The notes: generated from the letters alone by a model not told the origin. 41,259 nucleotides of DNA from Minisyncoccia bacterium (GCA_049304335.1 JBAQOA010000027.1:1-41259); one strand, 5' to 3'. Positions 8,299 through 17,285 are shown, counted from the stretch's first letter. Made by a program: numbers and translations.

Positions 8299-8655
8299 AT
8301 GACTGGTATTACAGAAAAAACATTGAAAGCAATTGAAACCGCTCGCACCAAATCAGAGGCCGCTAGGCATACAATTGCGTTATTGATTGCTGGCGCATTT
8401 ACTTTTATTGTTTTTTTGATTTGGATATTTGTTTTGCTTCCATTTAGATTAGATAGCAACGCGCAAGTGGCTGACACGACAAGCAATTCTCCATTTTCTG
8501 CACTAATGGCCCAAGTCAATGGAGCATATGGTGATTTGGTAGAAAATATTAACGGACAACTTAAAAAAATAAACAGTTCTGACACGCCTTCATTGCAAGA
8601 TAGCTACAACCGGATAAAATCCAATGTACAAGAGGACACTCAAAATCCAAACTAA
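8299..8655 (+). CDS. hypothetical single-pass membrane protein
   Basis: 118 aa. One TM segment (IALLIAGAFTFIVFLIWIFVLLPF). The start is 1 nt after the preceding stop. Confidence 0.55.
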   Translation: MTGITEKTLKAIETARTKSEAARHTIALLIAGAFTFIVFLIWIFVLLPFRLDSNAQVADTTSNSPFSALMAQVNGAYGDLVENINGQLKKINSSDTPSLQDSYNRIKSNVQEDTQNPN

Positions 8656-8665
8656 ATAAATCCTG

Positions 8666-8786
8666 TAGTAGAAAATGGTATCCGAGGTGTGCTACAAAAC
8701 ATAAACACTATGACAAAACAACAATTAAAAGGTATCTTAATAGAAAACGGTAACTTGCTCGGCTAGAGCAATACCATTTTTCACTA
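8666..8786 (+). promoter_or_regulatory. long-range inverted repeat enclosing the gyrA leader
   Basis: TAGTAGAAAATGGTAT (8666-8681) pairs with ATACCATTTTTCACTA (8771-8786) at 14 of 16 positions. The downstream arm ends 5 nt before the gyrA ATG. Confidence 0.4.
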
Positions 8787-8791
8787 TCAAG

Positions 8792-11263
8792 ATGAAAAAG
8801 GAACCAGAAAAAGAAAAAATAATCGAGAGAGCAGAAGGTGCTGGCGTTGTTTCGCGCTCCATTGTTACGGAAATGAAGGAGTCGTATTTGGACTATGCAA
8901 TGAGCGTTATCACAGCTCGTGCGCTTCCAGATGTTCGTGATGGTTTGAAACCAGTGCATCGAAGAATTCTTTTTGCCATGCATGAAATGGGTCTTACTTC
9001 ATCCGCAAAGTTTCGAAAATCAGCAACAGTAGTAGGAGAAGTTTTGGGTAACTACCACCCACATGGTGATGCCGCTGTGTATGATTCCATGGTAAAACTT
9101 GCGCAAGATTTTTCTACGCGCTATCCGTTAGTTATCGGTCAGGGAAACTTCGGTTCTGTTGACGGCGATCAGGCTGCCGCTTACAGATATACAGAGGCAA
9201 AAATGTCTAAACTCTCTGGTGAAATCTTAAGGGATATTGAAAAAGACACTGTAGATTTTCGTCCAAACTATGATGGAAGAAAAATGGAACCAACTGTAAT
9301 GCCTTCTACTGTTCCTAACCTGCTTTTAAACGGCACATTAGGTATTGCCGTTGGAATGGCAACAAATATTCCTCCACACAACATAAAAGAAGTCGCTGAA
9401 GCGGTCTCATATTTTGTAGATAACGGCGATGCTTCCACAGAGGATTTGATGCAATTTATAAAAGGTCCGGATTTTCCAACGGGTGGTATTGCATACAGCG
9501 AAAGCGATATTCATCATGCTTATACAACTGGTCGTGGAGGAGTTGTGGTACGTGGCGTAGCAGAAATTGTAGAAAGTAAACTCAATCAGTTTCAAATAAT
9601 TATTACCGAAATACCTTACCGTGTTAACAAATCAGTTTTAATTGAAAACATTGCGAATTTAATTCACGAGAAAAAAATTGAGGGCATTCGTGACATGAGA
9701 GATGAATCTACCAAGGACATCCGTATTGTTATAGAACTCAAATCCGGCTCACAGCCACAAAAAGTTTTAAACTCTTTGTATAAACATACTCAATTAGAAG
9801 AAGCATTTCATTACAACTTGGTAGCAATAGTAGATGGTGTACCACAAACATTGGCACTCTCAGACATCATCGGAGAATTTGTGAAGCATAGAAAAATTGT
9901 AATCAAGCGCCGAACTGAGTTTGATTTAATGAAAGCAAAAGACAGAGAGCACATTTTGCTCGGCCTCAAAAAAGCGCTAGATCACATAGATAAAATCATT
10001 GCGCTCATCAGAAAATCTAAAGATGTAGAGACAGCGAAGCTTGCCTTGATGAAGGAATTTAAATTTTCGGAGAAACAGGCTGTTGCAATTCTCGAAATGC
10101 GTTTGCAAAAACTTGCTGGACTTGAAAGACAAAAAGTGGAGGACGAATTGAAGGAAGTACAAGCACTTATCGCTGAATTGGAAAGTATTTTGGCTTCATC
10201 AAAAAAAGTTTCAGCAATAATCAAAAAAGATATGGAAGACGTCATTGCTACTTATGGCGATGATAGAAGAACAAAACTTGTTAAACATGCTGCAAAATCA
10301 TTTTCAGTAGAAGATTTGGTGGCGGAAGAAGAACAAACACTCGTTTTAACTGCAGGTGGCTATGTAAAAAGAACAAAACCAGAAGAATATAGAAAACAAA
10401 AGCGTGGCGGCGTGGGAGTTATTGATTTAGATACAAAAGAAGAGGATTTTGTAACAAACATTTTATCGGCCTCAACACATTCCGACTTGCTATTCTTTTC
10501 AGATAAAGGAAAAGCTTACCAATTAAAAATGTTTGAACTTCCTGAAGGAAAGCGAGCCACGAAAGGTAAATCCATTGTGAACTATTTGGCTATTAGCGAA
10601 GATGAACGCATTACTTCAATCCTTCCTGTACCGAAAGAAACAAAGGCTCAAGAAGACACTTCATTGCTTATGGTCACAAAAGGTGGAATCGGTAAAAGAG
10701 TTTCAGCTGCTTCGTTTGCAGATGTGCGCTCGTCAGGAATTATTGCAATCAAACTTGATAATGGCGACAAGTTGCAATCAGTTTCAATATCAAGAAAGGG
10801 CGATACAGCAATTTTGGCAACAAGCGAAGGACAGTCCATACATTTTTCAGAAAATGATGTGCGCGAAATGGGTAGAACAGCAGGAGGTGTGCGCTTGATA
10901 CATCTAAAGGCAAAAGATTTTGTCGTTGGCGCAAGAGTTATTCCAAAGGCTGACAAAGAAAGAGCACAACTACTAACAGTTGCTCAAAACGGTTATGGAA
11001 AAAAGACTCCACTTGATGAATATAAAGTGCAAAAAAGAGGGGGCTCGGGTATCAAAACAGCTCAAGTAACAGCCAAAACAGGAAAAGTGATGTCTGCCTC
11101 AATTGTTCTATCTGATGAGGAAGAATTGGTGACAATTTCTAAAAAGGGACAAATTATTCGTGTGGGTACGGACGAAATTCCATCTCTCGGCAGACAAACT
11201 CAAGGAGTAAGAATCATGAAATTGAGAGAAGGGGACTCACTTGCTTCGGCAGTTTGTCTATAA
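8792..11263 (+). CDS. gyrA: DNA gyrase subunit A
   Basis: 823 aa. [26 protein letters not shown], the active-site Tyr region [10 protein letters not shown], and C-terminal beta-pinwheel repeats. Confidence 0.95.
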   Translation: MKKEPEKEKIIERAEGAGVVSRSIVTEMKESYLDYAMSVITARALPDVRDGLKPVHRRILFAMHEMGLTSSAKFRKSATVVGEVLGNYHPHGDAAVYDSMVKLAQDFSTRYPLVIGQGNFGSVDGDQAAAYRYTEAKMSKLSGEILRDIEKDTVDFRPNYDGRKMEPTVMPSTVPNLLLNGTLGIAVGMATNIPPHNIKEVAEAVSYFVDNGDASTEDLMQFIKGPDFPTGGIAYSESDIHHAYTTGRGGVVVRGVAEIVESKLNQFQIIITEIPYRVNKSVLIENIANLIHEKKIEGIRDMRDESTKDIRIVIELKSGSQPQKVLNSLYKHTQLEEAFHYNLVAIVDGVPQTLALSDIIGEFVKHRKIVIKRRTEFDLMKAKDREHILLGLKKALDHIDKIIALIRKSKDVETAKLALMKEFKFSEKQAVAILEMRLQKLAGLERQKVEDELKEVQALIAELESILASSKKVSAIIKKDMEDVIATYGDDRRTKLVKHAAKSFSVEDLVAEEEQTLVLTAGGYVKRTKPEEYRKQKRGGVGVIDLDTKEEDFVTNILSASTHSDLLFFSDKGKAYQLKMFELPEGKRATKGKSIVNYLAISEDERITSILPVPKETKAQEDTSLLMVTKGGIGKRVSAASFADVRSSGIIAIKLDNGDKLQSVSISRKGDTAILATSEGQSIHFSENDVREMGRTAGGVRLIHLKAKDFVVGARVIPKADKERAQLLTVAQNGYGKKTPLDEYKVQKRGGSGIKTAQVTAKTGKVMSASIVLSDEEELVTISKKGQIIRVGTDEIPSLGRQTQGVRIMKLREGDSLASAVCL

Positions 11264-11272
11264 AAGACGTTC

Positions 11273-11505
11273 GGGTTTGTTATTTAGGAATCAGCTACAA
11301 CTCGGATAAGCGCCAATCTACACTCGCTCGGAATTTGTATGATGTATCATACAAATTCACTCACTTCGTTTGATTGTAAAATTTAAAAATAACTAAGCTA
11401 CATTACGAAAAACATCAAAACTCGCTACGCTCAAACAGTTGATGTTTTTCTATTTCGCTAAATTTATTTTGAAATATCCTCGCGAGCTTCCTAAATAACA
11501 AACCC
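11273..11505. repeat. 233-bp AT-rich element bounded by a perfect 18-bp inverted repeat
   Basis: GGGTTTGTTATTTAGGAA (11273-11290) pairs with TTCCTAAATAACAAACCC (11488-11505). Two perfect internal hairpins: a 13-bp stem at 11331-11358 and a 12-bp stem at 11407-11450. Confidence 0.6.
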
Positions 11506-11554
11506 TCACTTTAAAGTCAAAAATGCAGCCAAAAATGTTGTAATATATAAGAGT

Positions 11555-12874
11555 ATGCAAATGAGCAAATTTCAGCTCGCTGTTCTTATTATATTTGGCC
11601 TCTGTATTGTTGGCGGTATTATGGCTTTTTCCGTATATAGAGGCTCGGGTGCTACCACCACAGACTTATCTATTTGGGGCACAGTTCCCACAGATTCTTG
11701 GAACAGTTGGTATGGCACAAGTCCAATTTACCAAGATCGCCTTTACAGAATTACATACACGTATATTCCTGAGGCAAATTTTGATCAAGAATTAGTCAAC
11801 GCAATTGCCGAGGGTAGGGGGCCGGATATTGTTTTTACATTTCATGACCGCATATTGAAAAACCAGGCAAAATTATTGCCTATACCTTTTTCGTCTTTTT
11901 CGCTTAGAGATTATTTGAGTACCTTTATTGATGGCTCTACTGTACTTACAAGTAGCACTGGCGAATGGGGAGTACCATTAGTGGTAGATCCACTTGTGCT
12001 TTATTTCAACAAGGATATTTTTGTAAATTATTCTCTTGTTCAGGCTCCACAAATTTGGGAGCAGATGTATTCGCTTGCTCAAGGAATGACTATCAGAGAC
12101 AAAAACACTGGAAATATTATTCAAGCCACTATTCCACTTGGTGCCTACAACAATGTTTTACATGCAAAAGAAATTCTTTCAACCCTAATTATGCAAGCTG
12201 GTGGTGCGTTGGTTCAGGATTCAAACAATTACATTAGCGCAACACTTAATGAGTCATTTGGTTTGTCATACTCTCCCGCCAATGCGGCCTTACTATTTTT
12301 CACGGAGTTTTCAAATCCCGCGAAAATTTTCTATACATGGAACCGTTCACTTCCGGATTCACTTACCGAATTTGCGGCGGGCGATTCCGCAATGTTTATT
12401 GGTTTTGCATCTGATTATCAAAAAATTAGAGATAAAAACTCAAATCTGGCATTCGATGTTTCGTTCTTACCACAATCATCAACAGCAAAAAGAGCAATAA
12501 CTTACGGCAGGATGTTATCTCTCGCTGTAACTAAGGGTAGTACTAAATCAACGCCAGCATTTGGGGCAATTTTCGAAATGATGTCTGCACAATCAGTTCA
12601 GAACTTGGCAAATGTGCTTAGACTTCCTCCTGTAAGGCGTGATTTACTCAAAACCAGACCATCAGACCCATTTATAGCGGTGTTTTATGACTCGGCAATT
12701 CAGTCAGTAGCATGGAAGGATCCAGACACAGAAAAAACAAACATAATTTTTCAGAATATGATTGATTCAGTGATTTCTGGGAGAGCGCGTGTAGAGGATG
12801 CCACAAGAAATGCGCATGATGAACTTAAGAAGCTTATAGATAGCCTCACTCCGCAATTACCAGCGACACAGTAA
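11555..12874 (+). CDS. extracellular solute-binding protein (family-1 ABC substrate-binding-like), membrane-anchored
   Basis: 439 aa. N-terminal TM anchor (LAVLIIFGLCIVGGIMAF). The size and block pattern resemble sugar-type SBPs. No permease or ATPase gene is adjacent. Confidence 0.6.
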   Translation: MQMSKFQLAVLIIFGLCIVGGIMAFSVYRGSGATTTDLSIWGTVPTDSWNSWYGTSPIYQDRLYRITYTYIPEANFDQELVNAIAEGRGPDIVFTFHDRILKNQAKLLPIPFSSFSLRDYLSTFIDGSTVLTSSTGEWGVPLVVDPLVLYFNKDIFVNYSLVQAPQIWEQMYSLAQGMTIRDKNTGNIIQATIPLGAYNNVLHAKEILSTLIMQAGGALVQDSNNYISATLNESFGLSYSPANAALLFFTEFSNPAKIFYTWNRSLPDSLTEFAAGDSAMFIGFASDYQKIRDKNSNLAFDVSFLPQSSTAKRAITYGRMLSLAVTKGSTKSTPAFGAIFEMMSAQSVQNLANVLRLPPVRRDLLKTRPSDPFIAVFYDSAIQSVAWKDPDTEKTNIIFQNMIDSVISGRARVEDATRNAHDELKKLIDSLTPQLPATQ

Positions 12875-12888
12875 ATTTCATAAATTAT

Positions 12889-13335
12889 ATGCGAAGAATT
12901 TTAGATAAAAAAATAAAAGCAAGATTAGAGATTTATTTTTTAATACTCACACTAGCTCTAATAGCCCTGCCTTTTTTTGCTAGTGCCCAAGTTAGTGACC
13001 CAGCTAATAGTGGAAGCCGGTTTTGGAAACCCCTGATTATTTGTGGAGAAATAAATAATCCATGTAATTTCGGAAAATTAGTAGAACTAACAAATAATAT
13101 AATCACTGACCTAGTAGTTATTTCTTTCCCATTGGCAGCCTTGTCTTTTGCTTGGGCTGGTTTTCTTATATTGACCTCTGCAGGCAATATGGCAAAAGTA
13201 AGCCAAGGTAAGGCAATCCTACTAAAGGTCGGTACCGGATTTGTGATAATACTGTCTGCTTTTCTAGTTGTATCATTTATAATAAGTACATTCGTAAATC
13301 AAAACAGCATAATAAATATTATTCAAACGAGATGA
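12889..13335 (+). CDS. TrbC/VirB2-like pilin family protein, paralogue 1
   Basis: 148 aa. Signal peptide ending FFASA|Q. A Cys pair (CGEINNPC). Two C-terminal TM helices separated by a short charged loop (TSAGNMAKVSQGK). Confidence 0.55.
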   Translation: MRRILDKKIKARLEIYFLILTLALIALPFFASAQVSDPANSGSRFWKPLIICGEINNPCNFGKLVELTNNIITDLVVISFPLAALSFAWAGFLILTSAGNMAKVSQGKAILLKVGTGFVIILSAFLVVSFIISTFVNQNSIINIIQTR

Positions 13336-13796
13336 TAAACGCTAAATTAAAAAACCGATTAGCAACAGCAGGACTATTAGTAGTTTTATTTCTCGCTTTT
13401 ATTATTCCGGTAGCAAGCGTTCTTGCTCAGCAGGGCAATAACACGACCGGAGGAACAACCGGTAATAACACAACTGGTGGAACAACAGGCAATACAGGAG
13501 GAGATACTCAGTCAACGGCTTTGAATTTCAAGATTGAGAATCCATTTAAGTTGGGCAATTCACTTAATGGAGTAATAGACGCAGTGCTAAACAATGCGGT
13601 TATTCCTTTGGGCGGCATTGTTGTGATTATAATGATTATTTATTCCGGATTTTTATTTGTTACTGCAAGAGGAGACGAAAGTCAATTATCAACAGCCAAA
13701 AAAACTCTTTTGTATGCGGCAATTGGAGCAGCGATACTTCTGGGCGCCGTAGCAATAGAAAAAGCCATAGAGGGCACTATCAATGCACTTAGATAA
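13332..13796 (+). CDS. TrbC/VirB2-like pilin family protein, paralogue 2
   Basis: 154 aa. ATGA overlap with paralogue 1. Signal peptide ending VLA|QQ. A GNNTTGGTT low-complexity repeat. Two TM helices separated by TARGDESQLSTAKK. Confidence 0.55.
   Translation: MINAKLKNRLATAGLLVVLFLAFIIPVASVLAQQGNNTTGGTTGNNTTGGTTGNTGGDTQSTALNFKIENPFKLGNSLNGVIDAVLNNAVIPLGGIVVIIMIIYSGFLFVTARGDESQLSTAKKTLLYAAIGAAILLGAVAIEKAIEGTINALR
13434..13500 (+). repeat. in-frame 27-nt tandem repeat (about 2.5 units) inside pilin paralogue 2
   Basis: GGCAATAACACGACCGGAGGAACAACC / GGTAATAACACAACTGGTGGAACAACA / GGCAATACAGGAGG. This encodes GNNTTGGTT twice plus a partial unit. Confidence 0.8.
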
Positions 13797-14448
13797 AAAA
13801 TACAATTTTTTTGCAATAAGTTTTGTCTTACTAATTTTGAGTATGTTTGTCGTGCAAACTGTATTTGCGCAGCTTCCATTCGGTAGCCCAATTCAATCAG
13901 GAGGTACAGCAACTTCAGGCGGTGTAATTAAAACTGGAGATACTACTCACGCTGGTGGAAGCACAAATTCAGGCGGCTCAGTACAGACTGGTGGTTATGT
14001 TCCTGGTTATGGTGGCCTTATTTACTCTGGCGGAAAAATAATTGCAGGTGGTACAACAACTAAAGCAAGCGCACTTTCCAACCCGAGCGCACTCTCTAAT
14101 CCAACAGGAACAATTGGTGCAGGGGGTTTGTCGCCGTCGATTATTACTCCTTCAGTAAGTCAAACAAACAACGGGACACCACAAAATCTGAAGCAGTTTA
14201 TCAGTTTGATGATTGGAATTATTCAACTGTTGATTCCAGCGATAGGACTGATGTCTATTTGGATATTCTTTAAGGGCTTGGCAGGTTTTATTTTGCATTC
14301 AGGTGATGTGACAGCAGTAGCAGAGGGAAAACAGCTAATGTTGTGGGGAATAATTGCCATTTTTGTGATGGTTTCTGTGTACGGCCTAATAAGTATTCTT
14401 TATGGCACTTTGTTTGGTGGTGTCATAAAACTGCCATTACTACCATAA
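13783..14448 (+). CDS. TrbC/VirB2-like pilin family protein, paralogue 3, with a GG-hexapeptide repeat region
   Basis: 221 aa. Signal peptide ending VFA|Q. A run of GGxxxx units (GGTATS, GGSTNS, GGSVQT, GGLIYS, GGKIIA). Duplicated SALSNP. Two C-terminal TM helices around HSGDVTAVAEGKQ. Confidence 0.55.
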   Translation: MHLDKKYNFFAISFVLLILSMFVVQTVFAQLPFGSPIQSGGTATSGGVIKTGDTTHAGGSTNSGGSVQTGGYVPGYGGLIYSGGKIIAGGTTTKASALSNPSALSNPTGTIGAGGLSPSIITPSVSQTNNGTPQNLKQFISLMIGIIQLLIPAIGLMSIWIFFKGLAGFILHSGDVTAVAEGKQLMLWGIIAIFVMVSVYGLISILYGTLFGGVIKLPLLP

Positions 14449-14456
14449 TTACAAAT

Positions 14457-14825
14457 ATGGCTTATAAAAATATAAAAATAATTTTGTTGCTAGTGCTACT
14501 CGTGCTTTCACCGTTACAAATATATGCAGCAACATCGAGTTCGGTGCCAGTATGTTCGAATACGAATGTCCAAGGAATAATAGCCTGTGTAATTGGTTTG
14601 TTTACGAGATTGATTCCTATTACTGCGAGTTTTGCGTTACTTTTCTTTATGTGGGGTGTATCCAAAATACTCAGGGCACAGGGAGATACAGGAAAAATAG
14701 AAGAGGGTAGAAGGACAGCTTTTTGGGGCATAATTGCACTCTTCATCATTATTTCTTTGGGGGGCATAGTGGTTTTTTTACAGCAGGATTTAATAGGCGG
14801 ACTAAAAAATACAGTTTTTCCTTGA
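14457..14825 (+). CDS. TrbC/VirB2-like pilin family protein, paralogue 4
   Basis: The ATG at 14457 gives MAYKNIKIILLLVLLVLSPLQIYA|A. Two TM helices are separated by RAQGDTGKIEEGRR. The longer track ORF from 14343 overlaps paralogue 3 and is not needed. Confidence 0.55.
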   Translation: MAYKNIKIILLLVLLVLSPLQIYAATSSSVPVCSNTNVQGIIACVIGLFTRLIPITASFALLFFMWGVSKILRAQGDTGKIEEGRRTAFWGIIALFIIISLGGIVVFLQQDLIGGLKNTVFP

Positions 14826-14923
14826 TATCCCCAAACACTGTAAGCAGTAAATTATGTGGGTTATAATAGAATTCGAACCTATAAATTGAGAGGTTTTAAG
14901 AATTAATAAAAGTTTCAAAAAGT

Positions 14924-15289
14924 ATGAAAAAACTTATTACAGGTGCGTTGGGATTTGCATTGCCAGCTGTAGCTTTGGCTCAGACAGCACCAAATCTGAA
15001 CTATGTTGAACAGTTGTTATCAAGTATTTCAAGATTGGTTAATACAGCATTGCCAGTTATCGTAGCAGTAGCACTTTTGTTCTTCTTCTACGGTCTAGCA
15101 AAATTCATTCTCGCATCAGGTGGAGATGATGATGCTAAAAAGGCAGGTAAACACATCATGGTTTGGGGTATTGTTGCTCTGTTCGTGATGGTTTCAGTTT
15201 GGGGTCTAGTTGCATTCTTGGGTCAAGCACTAGGAATTCAGCAAGGTCAATCACTACCAAACGTGCCTTCAGTTAACCAAGTACGATAA
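14924..15289 (+). CDS. TrbC/VirB2-like pilin family protein, paralogue 5
   Basis: 121 aa. Signal peptide MKKLITGALGFALPAVALA|Q. Two TM helices are separated by SGGDDDAKKAGKH. The WGIVALFVMVSVWGLV block is shared with paralogue 3. Confidence 0.6.
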   Translation: MKKLITGALGFALPAVALAQTAPNLNYVEQLLSSISRLVNTALPVIVAVALLFFFYGLAKFILASGGDDDAKKAGKHIMVWGIVALFVMVSVWGLVAFLGQALGIQQGQSLPNVPSVNQVR

Positions 15290-15311
15290 TTTAATTTAGG
15301 AATTTCTATTT

Positions 15312-15572
15312 GTGGAAACATTCATTAGGAAAGTGGACGCGGCTATTTTAAACCCGATTATTACCCTCGGCTTTGCGATAGCGATGCTTGTATTCTTGTG
15401 GGGTATATTCGAGTTTGTGAGAAATCCTGCGGATGTAGAGAATAGAAAAAAAGGACAGAAAAATATTCTCTGGGGATTGGTAGGCTTAACGATTATGTTT
15501 GGAGTGTCAGGAATAATCAGAATAATTGCTGCCACATTCGGAATTTCTCTTCCACACTTTCTCTTCCCATAG
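15312..15572 (+). CDS. TrbC/VirB2-like pilin family protein, paralogue 6 (short, GTG start)
   Basis: 86 aa. Two TM helices are separated by NPADVENRKKGQKN. No obvious cleavable signal peptide. Confidence 0.45.
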   Translation: METFIRKVDAAILNPIITLGFAIAMLVFLWGIFEFVRNPADVENRKKGQKNILWGLVGLTIMFGVSGIIRIIAATFGISLPHFLFP

Positions 15573-15590
15573 AAATAAAAAATTAAATCG

Positions 15591-15621
15591 AAAAGGCCTC
15601 GACAATTCGTCGAGGCCTTTT
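15591..15621. terminator. bidirectional intrinsic terminator
   Basis: AAAAGGCCTCGAC-AATTC-GTCGAGGCCTTTT, with an A-tract and a T-tract on either side. It lies between the convergent pilin array and ORF 15631..16305. Confidence 0.75.
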
Positions 15622-15630
15622 CGTTTCATC

Positions 15631-16305
15631 TTACTTCTTGTTGCAATCCGCGCCGTATACGCGGGGCGTCTGAGCCACGATCACGCGCCCATCCTGTGGG
15701 AGCGTGAATCTGAGACTGTCGACAGCGCCGATGTCCGTCGCGTCGCCTCGGGTCAGGACCTTGTACTTCTCGCCGCGGCCCGTTTCCACGGTTGCCGTGT
15801 CGAGCTGCTTCGTCAGGTACGAGACCTTGAAGGAGCACTTGTCCGGATTGAGCCGGAACCAAACGCTCGGCTCTCCTGACTCGAGGTCAGCAGAGCTTAC
15901 CTGCGGCTCCGGAGGACTGTCCTTGGTGGAGGGCGCCAGCGTGGCGCTCTTCTTCGTCGTGTCGGCGCTCATTTGCGATGAGCAGCCGCCGCTCGTCTTG
16001 CAGTTGGGCAGGCCGTACTTCTTGATGCTGTAGCCCACCGCGAACACGAAGAGCATGATGGCAATGACCGCGAGAAGCGTCCGTGCCAACTGCCCGCCGT
16101 GCTGGCTGAACCAGTTGCCGATGCGCTGTCCGACGGACTGCGTGTTCGGCTGGCTGGGCGCCATGGGCGTCCAGAGGAGCGAGAAGAGGAACGACCCGAG
16201 GTCCCATGCGAGCATGAAGGTGAAGAACCACCAGCAGCCGGTTACCGGCCACAGGAGTCCCGTTCCGGCGGTAAGAACCGCGAGGATCAACCAGTAGATA
16301 AGCAT
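15631..16305 (-). CDS. integral membrane protein with a C-terminal soluble domain (GC-rich islet)
   Basis: The ATG at 16305 has GGAG 9 nt upstream. 224 aa with three predicted TM helices, then a Ser/Pro/Thr-rich linker and a beta-rich domain. The 5' extension in the track (to 16404) has no SD. Confidence 0.6.
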   Translation of the reverse strand: MLIYWLILAVLTAGTGLLWPVTGCWWFFTFMLAWDLGSFLFSLLWTPMAPSQPNTQSVGQRIGNWFSQHGGQLARTLLAVIAIMLFVFAVGYSIKKYGLPNCKTSGGCSSQMSADTTKKSATLAPSTKDSPPEPQVSSADLESGEPSVWFRLNPDKCSFKVSYLTKQLDTATVETGRGEKYKVLTRGDATDIGAVDSLRFTLPQDGRVIVAQTPRVYGADCNKK

Positions 16306-16527
16306 TGAGCTTTCTCCGAGGGGTTTTGAAGCGTGATGAAACGATGTGATGTACTTATATCTGGGTACTGATAGAAGTATAGCATACTGGCCACCCATTG
16401 TCAAGCACTAAAATCCAACCCATATGCGTAGGTTTTACTTAGTAATTTTGTATTAATTACAATACATTTTCGTCGTTCGGATTAAATACAAAAGTAAACT
16501 TTTGTGCCGAATCCTCACTTCTCACTG

Positions 16528-16608
16528 TGCCGAGGAGAGGACTTGAACCTCCACCCCTTGCGGGACTTGCTCCTAAGGCAAGCGTGTCTGCCATTTCACC
16601 ACCTCGGC
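16528..16608 (-). tRNA. tRNA-Leu(UAG)
   Basis: 81-nt cloverleaf. Acceptor stem GCCGAGG/CCTCGGC, anticodon loop CTTAGGA, long variable arm, T-arm GGAGG-TTCAAGT-CCTCT. No encoded CCA. Confidence 0.9.
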
Positions 16609-16795
16609 ATATTTATAGCTTACATGTTTAATTACTAAGCTTCTACTGCTTGTCGTCACGAATCACTAAATGTTTTGTTCTTCCAGACAAAACATTCAAG
16701 TGTTCGCGACCCCGGCTCGCAATTCCGATCTTTGCGGAATATAGCTCCGCCTCGGACAAGTGCGATAAAAATGTCGCAGACATTTTTCTGCCTTG

Positions 16796-16868
16796 TCCGC
16801 CCACTAGGGTTCGAACCTAGGACCTTATCCTTAAGAGGGATCTGCTCTACCAGCTGAGCTATGGGCGG
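16796..16868 (-). tRNA. tRNA-Lys(CUU)
   Basis: 73 nt. Acceptor stem CCGCCCA/TGGGCGG, D-arm GCTC-AGCTGGTA-GAGC, anticodon loop CTCTTAA, T-arm CTAGG-TTCGAAC-CCTAG. Confidence 0.85.
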
Positions 16869-17065
16869 AATACAAAAATATTAACAGATTTTGGCTTAAT
16901 TAAAAACCGTTCTTCGCTAATAGAGCTTCTCGAAAATATAGGAGAACCTTTTCGATTCCCAAGCAAAAACAAATAAATTTGTTTTTTGTGTCGGTTACAA
17001 CACACCTGCGTCGTTCGCGCCCAATAAGTTAGCAAGCTTTCTTACTCGGCGCTCTCTCCTTGTTG

Positions 17066-17147
17066 TGCCCCGGGTGGGAATCGAACCCACATCCCTTGCG
17101 AGACACGATTTTAAGTCGTGCGCGTATACCAGTTCCGCCACCGGGGC
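17066..17147 (-). tRNA. tRNA-Leu(UAA)
   Basis: 82 nt. Acceptor stem GCCCCGG/CCGGGGC, anticodon loop CTTAAAA, long variable arm, T-arm GTGGG-TTCGATT-CCCAC. Confidence 0.9.
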
Positions 17148-17213
17148 AAACATTGACCTACCTATTTTTACATACTCTCGCATTTTTGAGAAAAAAGCTA
17201 TAATCAACAGATC

Positions 17214-17285
17214 GGCGTAGTGGCGAAGTGGTAACGCAGCGGTCTGCAAAACCGTTATGCAGGGGTTCAATTCCCCTCTACGCCT
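17214..17285 (+). tRNA. tRNA-Cys(GCA)
   Basis: 72 nt. Acceptor stem GGCGTAG/CTACGCC, anticodon loop CTGCAAA, T-arm AGGGG-TTCAATT-CCCCT. Confidence 0.9.

Noticed and set aside
13434-14110. Nucleotide tandem repeats that might suggest a CRISPR array or VNTR locus.
   Set aside because: They are in-frame coding repeats of the pilin-like genes (GNNTTGGTT, GGxxxx, SALSNP). There are no repeat-spacer units of CRISPR size or regularity anywhere in the window.
15626-16308. Alternative frames in the 15.6-16.4 kb islet (15526..15879(+), 15626..15862(-), 15704..16033(+), 15887..16252(-), 16055..16297(+), 16099..16308(+)), plus the 5' extension of 15631..16404.
   Set aside because: Same GC-rich open-frame artefact. 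The chosen frame has a GGAG-ATG start at 16305 and clear TM helices. The extension has no SD and starts with TTG.
16675-17270. ORFs 16675..16857(+) and 16995..17270(-).
   Set aside because: They read straight through tRNA-Lys, tRNA-Leu(UAA) and tRNA-Cys genes and begin with TTG. They are artefacts.
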